DNA of 63,957 nt, counting the filler, from Reticulomyxa filosa (taxonomy: Eukaryota; Protista; Foraminifera): the NCBI GenBank assembly GCA_000512085.1. It is 14 parts of 14 records of this genome, joined end to end, with 100 filler letters (N's around TTAATTAATTAA, not from the genome) between each part and the next. Parts side by side here need not be neighbours in the genome. Positions count along the whole stretch, not along the records: positions 21,792 to 24,940 come from ASPP01049162.1; positions 25,041 to 29,493 come from ASPP01006531.1; positions 29,594 to 32,818 come from ASPP01020831.1; positions 32,919 to 41,646 come from ASPP01041930.1; 10 more parts are not named here. One strand, 5' to 3'. The first letter of the stretch is position 1; every line of letters starts with the position of its first letter. Shown here in pieces: positions 22,675-35,283 of this stretch. Under the pieces are notes generated by a model. That model saw only the letters and a list, made by a program, of their open reading frames with translations, was not told the origin of the DNA and made no database searches. Position numbers and translations under genes: made by a program.

Positions 22675-24176
22675 CCTAAATTTACTGTTTTAAAATAACG
22701 TTTTAAAATTAATTCAAAGCAATTAATGTTGTACCGAAAACAGCTATTTTTCCAAATATGTTGTGTGTTTCATGAATTCCACATGTGATGTTAAACTGTT
22801 TTTGCATTACTTTTACTGTTTTCCTAAACAATTGATATTGTTTTCTTAAATAAATTTTTATTAATAAGTTTTTAACTACAAATGCGATAAATAATATTTT
22901 TTAAAAAAATTATAAAAAGTGTCATACATGTGCTTATTTTTGGATAGCAATCGTGTATATAAATTTATATTTTATTTTGTGAAAAGTGTTTTTGCTAAAG
23001 TCAGCGACTTCGTTTTTATATAATTTTTTTTTTCAATTTAATATAATGACATTGTAAATAAAAAATCAAGTACTTGCATAACACTTCTTTTTTTGGAATT
23101 TCATAGTGAATAAACGTAAATGCGTCGAATTTTACAAAAGTATCTCTAAATAAAGATCTTTTCTTGGAAATTTGTCTGATTTTAAAAAATTGTTGAATTG
23201 GGTTGTTTAAAATTTTCAGCCGAAACAAATTTTTACATTTCATAAATCGAAAATCTCTGGTCATGATCTTGCTATGCATGCAAAAAAAATAATGTTTGCA
23301 ATTGTTGTATTGCCAATGAATATAGTCATTGGTCCATCTGCAGAATAAGACAAAACAAAAACGAAAACTCGATAAAATCGATCATTGACTGAAATTTGAT
23401 CTTGTGTATTAGTTGATTGAAAAAACAGTTTTGGTCAGATCTTCATTTGAATGTAACGTTTGTTGTGTCAAGACTATTCAAACAAGCGCAAAATTCAAGT
23501 TTGTTTCTTTTGCTATTAAAATTTCATTTTATTAATATCTTTCGATTAAGAAATATATAACATTGAATTATTCTATGACAACTGCAGCTCGCCCAGTTTT
23601 TATTGTGAGTTGTATGTGAGGTTTAGGCTATGTCTATTTAAAGATTTGAATGTCTCCACTTTCCACAACTAACTATGCAAATGTTTTTAAAAACTTTATG
23701 ACGAAAAAAGCATGCCTTTTTAAAGTTAAGGCATACAAATATTAGTCCATAAAAAAAAACGAACTCTGTTGCATTTGAGAGAAGATTTATGAAAGTTGTT
23801 AATACCATTTCATATATTTTGTTGTAAATTTGAAAAAGCTTATATTAATTGCAACATAGAAGTATAATTAAATTATTCATCGTAAGCGTATTGCACAATC
23901 ATGTAACAAACATGTGAAATATTCATCAGGCGTTGTGCATCTAAAATGCAAAACAAACTCAATAATGTGTTTAAAAAACTTATCAAAAATTCTTCTCTTG
24001 TGATAAAAATAATATGGACAAAATTTAAAAAAATAACTTTGTCTCTTTTTTTTTTTTTTTTTGTTTAACGTAACTACAAATCAAAAAAAAGATTGAAGGA
24101 AGCCACAAACTAAGTGCATCCTATTTGAACTATATTTTTTTAAAAAAAGACTTTATAAAAATAGATAAAAAGCATT

Positions 24177-24908
24177 TCAAACATCAAAAAATTGTTTGAT
24201 AACATTAAGTAATTTCTGGTCTGTAATTGTACCATTATCCATAGCCAACAAGAGTTTGAAAAGGGCATCACATACGCTCGTGTTATCAATCTGTTCCAAA
24301 ATTTTGGCTAGCCAGGGTTCATCTTGCCTGCACAACTCCAAAGTTTGGCTGATCAGCAATCCGGTGGTATACGTACACTTGGTTTTCCACTTGCATGAAT
24401 ACTTAATGGACAGCTCGATTAAAGTTTTGGCTAAGCCAATAGAAAGATACTTAAGCGTGATATCAAGACATTTTTTGATATAAAAATTAATATTTTGATG
24501 TTCTTGTGGCATTGCCAAAAAGCGTTTGTCATCAGTCAATCCCCATTCAATAATGGACAACAATATTGAAAATACAACCTCTGTCCACATTACTTGATAT
24601 ACTCCGGTCATTATAGCTCCCGACATCACATCAACAACGGCTTGCATGATACCTGGGTCGGCCCACAAACTTGTATCGCCTCTTTCCAATATCAATTTCC
24701 AAAGGAATTGTAGCCTCCATCCTTTCGGGTCCACCGCTCTTCTTGTATTCATCTCTTGCTTGAATACCTCCAAAATAACTTCGCTGCGAATAAATATTCG
24801 AGTAAATTTCCACCGTTGGTTTTGAATGGCATTCACTAATAGCGTCTTTTCTTTTTCTGCGCTTATTCTACGATTCTGATCCAGAAATTTCGTTGCTGCA
24901 GATGTTAA
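24177..24908 (-). CDS. C-terminal exon of a hypothetical helical-repeat-like protein, 5' truncated
   Basis: Open frame of more than 219 aa, helical composition, running towards the contig edge. Confidence 0.6.
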   Translation of the reverse strand, partial: LTSAATKFLDQNRRISAEKEKTLLVNAIQNQRWKFTRIFIRSEVILEVFKQEMNTRRAVDPKGWRLQFLWKLILERGDTSLWADPGIMQAVVDVMSGAIMTGVYQVMWTEVVFSILLSIIEWGLTDDKRFLAMPQEHQNINFYIKKCLDITLKYLSIGLAKTLIELSIKYSCKWKTKCTYTTGLLISQTLELCRQDEPWLAKILEQIDNTSVCDALFKLLLAMDNGTITDQKLLNVIKQFFDV

Positions 24909-25040
24909 CCCTTTTTTTTTTTTTGTTTGAGGATTTGATGNNNNNNNNNNNNNNNNNNNNNNNNNNNNNNNNNNNNNNNNNNNNTTAATTAATTAANNNN
25001 NNNNNNNNNNNNNNNNNNNNNNNNNNNNNNNNNNNNNNNN

Positions 25041-25411
25041 AAAATCCAAATATCACAAACTGTGCTAGCTGTTCTGCGAATGGCTTCGTCATTGTCTCCC
25101 ACGCCTTTTAGTAACATTTCCTGACACGCTCGGATCACCGGATCTGGCAATTCCGCCATCTTTTGCTGCAAACATCGCTTCATCATCAGTCCTGCGCTTT
25201 GTCGGAGTTCTACATTTTTTGACTCTTCAATGAACACTCGAGCACAATAAGCTGCAAAGTCGTCATTGCTTTGTAGCTTTTCTTGTCGAACATATGCCTC
25301 GTGTTGCTTTTTATTATCTGAAGAGGCAAACAATTGGATTAATTCTAATACAGCTTGAATGCCCTCAAGTTTGGGTGTCCAACGATCACTTGATGGAGAT
25401 GTAGTGCTCAT
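25041..25411 (-). CDS. TNPO1: Transportin-1 (importin beta-2) N-terminus, 3' truncated
   Basis: WTPKLEGIQAVLELIQLFASSDNKKQ...LRQSAGLMMK...LLKGVGDNDEAIRRTASTV matches the recalled transportin N-terminus (WxPxxxGLxQIL.LL...R..SGL.LK...IGD....IR.TV). Confidence 0.8.
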
Positions 25412-25884
25412 TCAAAATAATGTCAATTGCTCTCCACCAAAATTCAATCTTATAAAATGTGAATTTTTTTTTGTCTAAACTGAACATATTTAGCTCCTTG
25501 ATTTAGAGGGGGAATGACATGCAAAACCGCTCAAGTATTTTCATAGCATGTCAAAAACTTTTCAAAATCATTGAATGAAAAAAATCTAGAAGCGTAATAG
25601 CACCAAACAAAAGTTTAGTGCCAATACTATTCATTGGAAAAAACAACAAAGTATAAGAGACACAAAAAAAAAAAAAAAGAAAGTTTTATTTCAGTGTAAA
25701 AAAAATCGGACAAAGAAACAGACAAAACACTTTCGCGTTTCATTTGCGTCAATAAACTTTTGGAAAACATGGAAGTAATAATTTTTTTTTTTTTTTTTTG
25801 GAAAAAATAATATCACAATCTCAAACATAAACAAATAAATAAAAGAGATGAAAAGAATCGAAGGTGTAGATCAGTAAAAAAAAA

Positions 25885-28800
25885 TTATTTCTGTTTGACT
25901 CCAATTCTCAACTTGCGTTCGCCCCGTTGGCTAATTACAACAATGTAATAAGATTTGGCCAGTTTGACATTCAGTTTTTGCAATATGGCAGCATCAAATA
26001 CAACGACTTTCCCATATTCAGCGTCATTGTACCCACAGCCAAAGTAAGGGCTTGTGGCATTGAGATTCAATCGAAATTTCAAAGTGGTTCCAGAAACAAT
26101 GGGTAATCCAAGACATGTGCTAATTTGTTGACTCGAATGATAGGCTCTGCCGTTGTAACCGATAGCAAAGAATTGTTCATCTGCAGGTGGAAATTCGGTA
26201 GGCTTTAAAAACTTCAAATGATCAGTGGCCACAATTCCGATGCACCAATAGCCCGTTGAGTCTGTTGCTTGCACTTTCACAAAAAAGTCCAAAGGAGCAA
26301 CGTCAGCTGTTATCTATCGCATGTATGCATATATGTGCCAAGTAATTGCAAATGAGCGACAAATGAGAAAGAGAGAGAGAGAGAGAGAAAAAAAAAAAAA
26401 AAAAAAGTTTGATACGAAACAGGAGTATCTGCGACAACAATAGCTGGCGCAGTAACAACAACTAATCCGTCGTCGGTAAAGTAGGTCGCGTTCGGATTAA
26501 ATTGTTGAGTATGGGCTTTATGCCAGCTCAATTTGGAAATTTGGGGTAGAGATACTGCCGTCGGACTTGGACAATTGGAAGTAGCTCCAGAGGTGTTATT
26601 TTTGTTATTACTATTATTATTTTTGTTATTACTGTTATTGTTATTATTATTGCTGTTATTGTTGTTGATATTCATATCTGGAATAAGATTGATTTTGGTT
26701 GCAATCTGTGAATAAAGATCGAGAGGAGGTTGTGGTCCTCCATAAGGAATCCACTGGTCTTTACCTTGTGGCGAGACGGAAAAGGACATGGATCGATGAC
26801 CAAGGGAAGGAGAAGAAGCATATTTGTCGCGGTCATAGATAGCAGATGCCCCACCATCATTCACACCAACGGATGCGGATCGAACCAACGGTTTCTGTCT
26901 CTCCATTGCATAAGACTGTTGAGGACTGAGCATATATCCGTTGTTAAGTTCAAAGGTGGCAGGAAACATATTCTCATTGACACCTATGTTTGGAAACTCT
27001 GGCGTGTTCATCATGTGCAGCTGCTTTTGCAGCATTTCATACGAGGGGACGCTTTTCATCGGGGAGGGAAGCAGCATGTCTTTACTCTTACTCGCGTTCG
27101 GACTTGCCATGGGCCCAAACGATGAATTGGGCTGCAAAAACATTTGCGACGAAGGACTTTGCGCGATTTCATTGGAAATGAAATGAGGGACGGGCAAAGG
27201 GATTTCCAGACCTTTGATACTGAAAGGCAACGACCCTCGTCGTTGATGTCCACCACTTCCCCCGGTCGGGGTGCGTCTGCCGTCGTGGGGAGACGGCAAT
27301 GGCGAATTGATGCTTACATTTCGTTTCAGTTCGCCACTCACATCAATGGCTCCATGTTTCAAAAATTCACCTTCATACGCTGTTCCTTGATTCGCTCCTC
27401 GTTTCGTATTGAATCGTGTCTCCGCCAACACTGGTATTTGTGGCAATTCAATGCGAAATTCGGAATTGGGCATTTTCAGTTCATCTGGTACTTTGGAGCG
27501 AACTATATAAACATATCATTATTATTATTATTATTTTTTTTTTTTGGTCAACAAATCAAATAAAATATTAATACATAGTGTAATCACCTGCATTTATCGT
27601 GTCTGTTGCTTCAGCCAACTTGCCTTGTTCTGCTTTTTTGTTTGCCTAATATGCATCAATTCATTGATTATATAATTATCATTATGTGTTTGTTTTGTTT
27701 TGTTTTGCTTAATGTTTGCTTTGTTGGCAACATATACCTGCAAAAGCGTTTGTGACATTTCTCGGAGCAGCTTTTGTAACTCCGAATCGAATCGTTCCAA
27801 AGCAATGTCCACTTCTTTGTACACGGTATCGACGGTGATGTGCGATGCTCGCTTCCAATTTTCACACTCTTGTTCCAAGAGTTGGTGTTGATTGACAACC
27901 TTTGCTTCCAATTGCCGCTTTTGCGTTTCCCAATGTGGTTCTTCCGAATCACATTTTTGAATTTGCTGTCCCAATACTTTGATCAAGCCCTCCAATTCGA
28001 TCGTTTCGTGTTGAATCTCGTCTTCATTTGTCTTTGATTGTTTCTTGTTCTCATTCATTGTTGCGACGTCAGTTATATCAGTCTTATGGCGTTTATGCAC
28101 TTTTTTGTTTTCTTTGCCACTCGATTTACGACTTATGTTTCTTGTAGATTGTACTGTCTCTTCTTGTTCTTCCTCTTCTGCCTCTGCAGTGGATTTGAAA
28201 ACAACTTTTTTTTGCTTACCAGGTGTTGTCTTCTTTTTGCCTTTTTTTTTATTTTTTAGATTTTTTTTTTGATCCTTTTTTTCCTAACGATTTCCCTTTT
28301 TTTAGTATACGCTTTGGAGTGTTTCTTTTTTTTGATTTTTTGGATATTTCTGAGTCGGACAAGTCCGAAATGGGCGAGTCATCTTTTTTCTCATCTTCGC
28401 TCTCAGTATCGTCATCTGCACCATAGTTGTCACTTTCGCTATCTTTATCTTTGTTCTTGTGCTTGTCATCTTCATTTTCATCATCACTGCCATCGCCGTT
28501 ATTATTGTCATCATCTTTCTCCGTTGATCCACCGGATCCGGTTTGGTTATCGCTGTTTTCGGTATTTGTTTGTGCTTCGTCTTCTTCTACTATTTTATAT
28601 TCAAACAAACAAACAACAAAAAATGTTTGAGAGAACAAATATGTCATCGAAAGTTGTATCGATATAAAAAAAAAAAAAAAATAAAAAATATAAAAATATA
28701 ATAATAATAAAATAAAGCAAAAAGTAGTATAAAATAAATGCATGTTTCAAACCGGCAGCTCCTCCCATGAAAGGATCATATTCACTTCCACTGCTCTCTC

Positions 28801-29493
28801 GAGCTTCATTTTCTGCTTCTTCTTTTTCTTGCTCTTCATGTTTGGTTTCTGGTTCTTCTTGTTTCTCTTTTTCTTTTTTCTTTTTTTTTTCTTTTTCTTT
28901 CTCTTCTTCTTCTTCTGATAGCTGCGAATCGGTATTTTTGGTGGCATGTCCAACGGACTCATCCTCAACCTGTTCGGTTTCGGTAGTTGACTCATCTTTT
29001 CAGCTTGTTCTTGTCTTTGTTCTTCGTGCTCGTCGTTGTCGTCGTGATTGCTGCTTCCTTTATCACTGTCCTTATCGTTGTCACGTTCCGCGTTTTCATT
29101 TTTTTGCATCGTGTTTGGGCGTGTTTACACGCTTTGCTTGTCCTTTTTCAGCAAAGGACAGACGAGTGGATCTCATCGAGTTTGAAGAGTTTTTTCTTTC
29201 AAGTGTGTTCACGGAGGACTGTTCTTTTTCACTTTTTGATTTTGGTGTCATTTTTCCCTTCTCTTCCTTCTTCTCATTCTCTTCCTCCTCTTCTTTTTCT
29301 TTTTCTTTACTTTTTCTTCTTCTTCCTCGTCTTCTTCTTCTTCTACTTCTAACAGTATATTATCTCCTAGCTCTTCTTGATCTTCTTCCTCCACTATTAT
29401 GTCTATCTCGTCTTCTTCTTCGTCTTCTTCTTCTTGTTCTTCTTCTTCTTCTTCTTCTTCTTCTTCTGTGTCTTTTTCCATATCCATTTCTTC
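25885..29493 (-). CDS. Multi-exon protein: acidic/Lys-rich low-complexity N-part, coiled coil, Ser/Pro-rich linker and C-terminal SPRY/B30.2-like domain; 5' truncated
   Basis: Collinear minus-strand ORFs. The C-terminal FFVKV....GYWCIGIV...FAIGYNGRAYH...SGTTLKFRLNL...FGCGYN pattern is SPRY-like. Joining all the exons into one gene is inferred. Confidence 0.55.
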
Positions 29494-29630
29494 NNNNNNN
29501 NNNNNNNNNNNNNNNNNNNNNNNNNNNNNNNNNNNNNTTAATTAATTAANNNNNNNNNNNNNNNNNNNNNNNNNNNNNNNNNNNNNNNNNNNNAAGAAGA
29601 AGAAGAAGAAGAAGAAGAAGAAGAAGAAAA
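29405..29630. repeat. (TTC)n and (GAA)n poly-Glu microsatellites on either side of the linker at 29494
   Basis: ttcttc tracts end the left contig and aagaag tracts begin the right contig. Confidence 0.85.
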
Positions 29631-31618
29631 AGAGGGAGAGAATAACAAGAATAAAGGAAAAAGCCACAATAACAATCCACAAAGATTGAGAAGGATAGTG
29701 GGCCACCATATCGTAGACGATGGTCATGGCAAACGCGTAAAGACGATAGATAACCGTAAGAAAACGTGGTCGCAATTAATTCAAACACATGAAATGCAAA
29801 CAAAAGACAATGCCAAATCCAAAACGATGACGAAGCTGATGGACGCGAGCGAAATGTTGCACATACTGAGTAGTGAACAGCTACTGCACGAGTTCCATCA
29901 AGTTCGCAATGAACAGGAGTGGACCAAAGTCGTGGAAGAGATCATCTCTCGATTGAAAGTGTTGAACTCTCATTCCAAGGAAACTGACAATGACGATATT
30001 GATTCGTACATGCATACCTACGATCATACTGTGTGTAGTGTGACACAGGACACTACCATGTCTCTACTTGCTTCACAACAACAACAACAACAACAACCAC
30101 AACCAAAGCAGCAACAACAAAAGGGAGCAAATAAGACACTACGAGAAATGATCAAAAGCAATGGCGAAGTTTTTTTTATGGACGTGATGAAATTTGTGTC
30201 ATTGGAAAAGCATCGAAACAACAAGGCTATGTTGGGACATTGTTTGGATATCCTTTGCGCTTTGTGCAATCAAAGTGGAGAAGATTACGAAATGAAAACC
30301 ATGCTCAATGAAGTGGAGGCCATTGCTTTTGTCATTTCCATTTGCGAAAAGTATTTGGACTCGGATATTGCCATGCTTCGAAAGTGTTGTTTCATTTTAG
30401 AAATTTTGACATATAATCACGCTCTCAATGTACAAACCCTCATTCAAATCAACAATGGTTGACTTTCTTTTTTTTTTTTTAAAAAAAAAAAAAGAAATGT
30501 TATGTATAAATTGACATTGCAAACGAAATACATTTTTTTTAAAAAAAAAAAAAAAAAAGCGATAAAAGTGATATTGGCAATGATAAATCGTCACAGCAAA
30601 GTGGACGATTTATGCATTCACTGCTATCATATATTGATAAGCTGCATGCACTCGGACAGCAGCAATGAGAACAACAACAACAATCGCAAATTGATATGCA
30701 ACAACGGGGGCGACAAAATTTGCTTGTCCACATTGCAACAGCGCAAATGTAACAATGCACTGGACCAAGTAATTTTGACCAGTGCACTGACGTGCATCGC
30801 CAACTTGGCCTCGGTCTTGGACAATATCCCTTGCTTGTTGGAACTCAATGTCATCAGCGATGTCATGTCGGTGATTAACGAAAACGTATACCGAGGAGAC
30901 ATTGTCAAATGCGCGTGCGTGGTCTTGTGCAACCTGAGCAGCGACAGAAAAGCGAGTTGGGTCATGTGGCACCAGTATAACATTTGCGTATTATTTGTGA
31001 AGATCGTAGAAGAGTACGTCCGCATTTACGATACCATCCAATCGTCGACGAGTGAAGAGGGACCCAAGACAAAAGAGAAAAGAGGCATTCCTCACAATGG
31101 TGATAACAAGAATGATCATAATAATAATGGCAATAACAAAAAAGCCAAAGAATGGAGCGAGATAACAGAAGATACGATATTTGATATCCAACAATCGTCT
31201 CTTGGCGCCATTGGAAATATGATGCGCGATGTCAACAACATTATTCCATTTATGGCTAATCAAATGTATAAGCACGTGTATCAAGTAATGCAGCATTGCG
31301 CGCAAAAGTATTCATTGATGGAAATGTGTTTTAAGTTGTTGAATATCTTGATTACCTCGATTGACTCCACCACTCGACCCTCATTCGATGATACCACCAC
31401 CACCACCGCTACTGCTGCCATTGCTACCGCTACTGCCGCTTCTACCAAGTACTCACGGTCACACCCACATCTGCATCATCCCAATGCACGATCGCGCAAT
31501 GTCCACGATCTCCCCTCTCTTCCTCTCCCTCCCCCTCCGCCTCCTCCACGTCCTTCTTCTTCTTCTTCTTCTTATTTCAATGGTACTTGTATATACATGT
31601 ATATGTATATGTATACGT

Positions 31619-31652
<34 letters not shown>

Positions 31653-32818
31653 AAGATGGCTCTGTTTTTGGGTGACAAATGTTTGTAATTTTATCGTTAC
31701 TTAGACAGCACAACAGGATTAATACATGGCGATAAGGGCCTACGTTTCGAGCGGAACGCGTCGAATGAAAAAGGCGGGACGCACTTGAACGAAGAGATGC
31801 GAAGCAAGCACCAGATGATGCTGCTGCAGAGTGGGATGGTGGAAAAAATGCTAGGCGCGATGAAGGTCCCTCACAACGCAAAACTAATTCCACTGGGCGT
31901 ACGCATCTTTAAAAAGATTCATCCCAATGTATGGAAGTCGTATGGTCCCAAATGCACTTCTCATCGAGTCAGTCCAAGATGTTCCGACCGAGGCAGTCTT
32001 CGCGAGCTGCACATTGACTCGTCGTTGCTATTGCAAATCCAAATATACCAATTGTTGGATCAGCGCAATACGTTCGATGCTTGGATTCACAAGTGGATGC
32101 AAAGGCCGCTGCACAATGACGACATGACAAGGAAACGCCATGCCTCAACCGATATCCTGCCCACATCCACATCAATATCCATATCCACGCCCACGTCCAT
32201 GTTCGCTTCAATGTCCGAGTCTGCGTCGACGCAGTTTTTGTATGACCATTTTGAAGTGCTGTGGGAGTACTTACAGATGACTGGCGTGATAATCAACATC
32301 GACAGTCTGTGTTTCACGCCGACCAAGGAAGATGTGCAGGAAAAAAAGAAGAACGAAAACAATGAGATGACGGTGGCGACACTTGTCAATGATAACACAG
32401 AACTCGCAAATGTGACGCGAATGAATAGCAGTAAATCCAACGTGTTGCAATGTGCGTTGAAACATGGGAAATTTTTGCTTTGGCTGTTGAACAAGTTGGC
32501 CCATTTGCTTTGTCAGTCAATCTTGTGGCTCAATGATCGACCACCGTTTCCGAAAATTCCAAAAGAAACGTTTATGCAGTTGTTGATGCAGGCGGCGGTA
32601 GTCCTGTGGAAATTGTCCACACATCCCAAATCGGTGATCCATTTGATCTATCAACACGGCATCTTTGCCATCATCGATTCGTTCCAATGGGTGCAACACT
32701 CGGCCATTTCCGAAAAACGTATTCTTTTGATTGATTATTACTTGAAGATTATCTCCAATATGATTGGTATGTATCAGTGTGTGTGTGCGTATATGAGATC
32801 ACCCTTTTTTTTTTCCCC
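29594..32818 (+). CDS. Armadillo-repeat-like protein, truncated at both contig ends
   Basis: Three long exon ORFs with ARM-type helices (SALTCIANLAS, CACVVLCNLSSD, SSLGAIGNMM, AAVVLWKLSTH) and poly-Q/poly-P tracts. Confidence 0.78.
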
Positions 32819-32926
32819 NNNNNNNNNNNNNNNNNNNNNNNNNNNNNNNNNNNNNNNNNNNNTTAATTAATTAANNNNNNNNNNNNNNNNNNNNNNNNNN
32901 NNNNNNNNNNNNNNNNNNTGTGTTTG

Positions 32927-33393
32927 TTTTCTGGTTTTGCCAACAATTTGCTTTTTTACTTTCTGCAGCGAAAGCAAATTAAAAAAAATACAAACATCAA
33001 AAGGGAAAAAGGAAAGTAATAATCATCAACTCAATAGCATAGCAAAATCAAATAGACAACAAAAATACCAAAAGCCCCCTGAAATATGCACTAGTTCACT
33101 TTTTTTTTTTGGTTTGTTGTCAGCTGATCGCTTTGGCTATCTTCAAAGCATAAGTGAGCATTTTTTAATTTCTTGCAAGCCAAGGAACTGTCATGCACCA
33201 AACTAGTTGAAATGAGCTAAGAATTCAAATCAGTTAACTGACTCAACAAACGAGTTAATACGAACTCACAGCTAAGAGTAGTTTATTGTGTTTTGTTTTC
33301 TGCAAGACAATAGTTTTCTGGTTTTGTCAACAAATTGCTTTTTTACTTTATGCAGCGAAAGCAAATTTTAAAAAATTCAAACACCAAAAAGGG
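32927..33393 (+). repeat. Imperfect ~80-bp direct repeat (copies ~32927-33005 and ~33313-33393)
   Basis: gttttctggttttgccaacaatttgctttttactttctgcagcgaaagcaaatt vs gttttctggttttgtcaacaaattgctttttactttatgcagcgaaagcaaatt. Confidence 0.85.
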
Positions 33394-33492
33394 TAACACA
33401 ATTAAAGAAAATATTGTACCAGGCGGTAACATACGGTACCGACTGTTTCAATCTTTTTTTTAATTGTGTTGCTCTTTTTGGTGTTTATATTT
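33373..33492. repeat. Inverted repeat/hairpin with 44-bp arms and a 32-nt loop
   Basis: Left arm aaattcaaacaccaaaaagggtaacacaattaaagaaaatattg; reverse complement of right arm aaatataaacaccaaaaagagcaacacaattaaaaaaaagattg (38/44 identical). Confidence 0.88.
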
Positions 33493-33982
33493 GTGGGACG
33501 TCTGCTTATAACAGTACACACTAACTGTAATACGAGATGTTTGCTACTTAAAGAAAGTGTAAATTCCGTAAAACGAAATCAAATTAAATAAGTAAAACGT
33601 AAATTGAGAAGAAATGAAATGAAAGAAACAAATGAGAAAGAAGTAAGTTTTGAATAAAGTTTAGCCTACTGGGGATTATTCAGTTCCATTTACGGTCAAG
33701 TATTTATAGTAGGGACTTGTCCTAAATATTTTTTTTAATTTTAATTTTTTTTTATTAAGCAAATGATTGATCTCTTTGATTTATCTCAATGGAACTTTTA
33801 AGCTGTTGTATATCTTTTTGATTTTTAGCTTGTGAACATTTGTTGTAAATTTAATCCGCTTGGAATTTTTTATGGTGAATCAAAACTTTTATTCAGTAAT
33901 GCACTTTAATTTTGTTTTGAAAATTACTGTTTCTCTTGAAGTTGAGTTTTTTTTTAGTTAAAACCCGTATATATTTCCAATA

Positions 33983-34701
33983 ATGGATATTGGAACACGA
34001 CTTCGAGTATTCTATCTTTTAGCTGTGACAGCTTTTTGGCTCTTTTTGGTTGACGGAATAAATTACTCTATTCACATAAATGACGTTGACAGCGAAAACC
34101 CAGACTGGGCTGTCGTCACTCTTATAGTCACAGGTTCTAAATTCAATGAAAAAAGCGACCACTATATGAAGTAATTTTATGTTTATTTTGTTTTGTCGTA
34201 CTGAAACAAAAGGTTTTATTTACGGCACATTCATTGGTATCGCTTCTATAATGGTGATGATATGGGTACACCCACATACAGTTGGATTAGTAATAATCTT
34301 AACAACTCTTGTTTGTGGCGTGGCCAGGTTTCTTGCAACTGTCGTTGGTTTTCATAAATTTGGTCAAAGTGTTTAGTTACAATGTTGGCGGTTATGACTA
34401 TGTCATCAACCAATAAAAACAAAAGAAAGTATTTAAACAAATGTCTATTTTGTTTCCACGCACAAATAGGGTGCTATTGCTGTTTGGAATTCTGGGGTAA
34501 CTGATCTGGTCATTGCTTGCCTGCAACTTTATGTAATAATGGAAGGTTATTACGTAGTAAGAGGTATGTTTTTTTCATTTGACTAGAAATATGCTGAACT
34601 AATATCGGATCTTTTTTTATTTCGGCTTTCATTGATGTACTCTTTTCAATGTAAGTGTTGTGTGGAACACAGAAGCGAAGAAGGAAGAAGCCGAGTATTG
34701 A
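33983..34701 (+). CDS. Small multi-pass (about 4 TM) membrane protein, ~4 exons
   Basis: Hydrophobic exons MDIGTRLRVFYLLAVTAFWLFL.., GTFIGIASIMVMIW..GLVIILTTLVCGVARFL and GAIAVWNSGVTDLVIACLQLYVIM; the last exon EAKKEEAEY* is predicted from splice sites. Confidence 0.6.
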
Positions 34702-35283
34702 TCGCTCGTGAAGTTATCAAAAGCGACAATGATCCCATTTTCGGTGGTAACGCTTTGATATGTCATTTTGAAATTTATTATTTCTTTTTGTTTTGTTGCT
34801 TAGTTTTTCAATTAACAAAGATGGGTACGTGCAATAGATCTATTTTGTGTAGGGATGCATATGCAAAAAAAAAGCAAAAAGTTAGAATAGTGTGGAAATA
34901 GTTTTTTTAATTTTTTTGTAATTCTTCTCACTTGCTTTCGTTCCTAAAAAAAATGAATGCTTACATTATCATTAAACAAAAAAAGTGTTTTCTTATGTTT
35001 ATTTTAGTATATTGAATTTCTTCATTGCCTTCTTAAATCTTTTTGTTGAGCTAGTATCTTTCGCTTTTAATTCAACGAAGTATTGAGATTCACATACACA
35101 ATGAAAATAGTCAAAACATCAAGTGCGATTACCAAATTTTTATTTTTGTGAAATGCCGCATGAGGAAAACAAAGAGGTCTATGCTCAGTAAAGAAAACTT
35201 TATCAGCGAGTTTTATTAGTACTTAAAGATTAAAATTCTCAGTATTTGTTTTCTAACATATATTAAATTCAAATTATAAAGAA

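Noticed and set aside
24177-25411. Joining the 24177-24908 exon to transportin across the linker
   Set aside because: The downstream ORF does not resemble the transportin C-terminus, and linker adjacency is unreliable.
28767-29803. Poly-Leu/Phe/Ser ORFs resembling membrane proteins
   Set aside because: Antisense translations of GAA/AAG-rich acidic and basic coding repeats.
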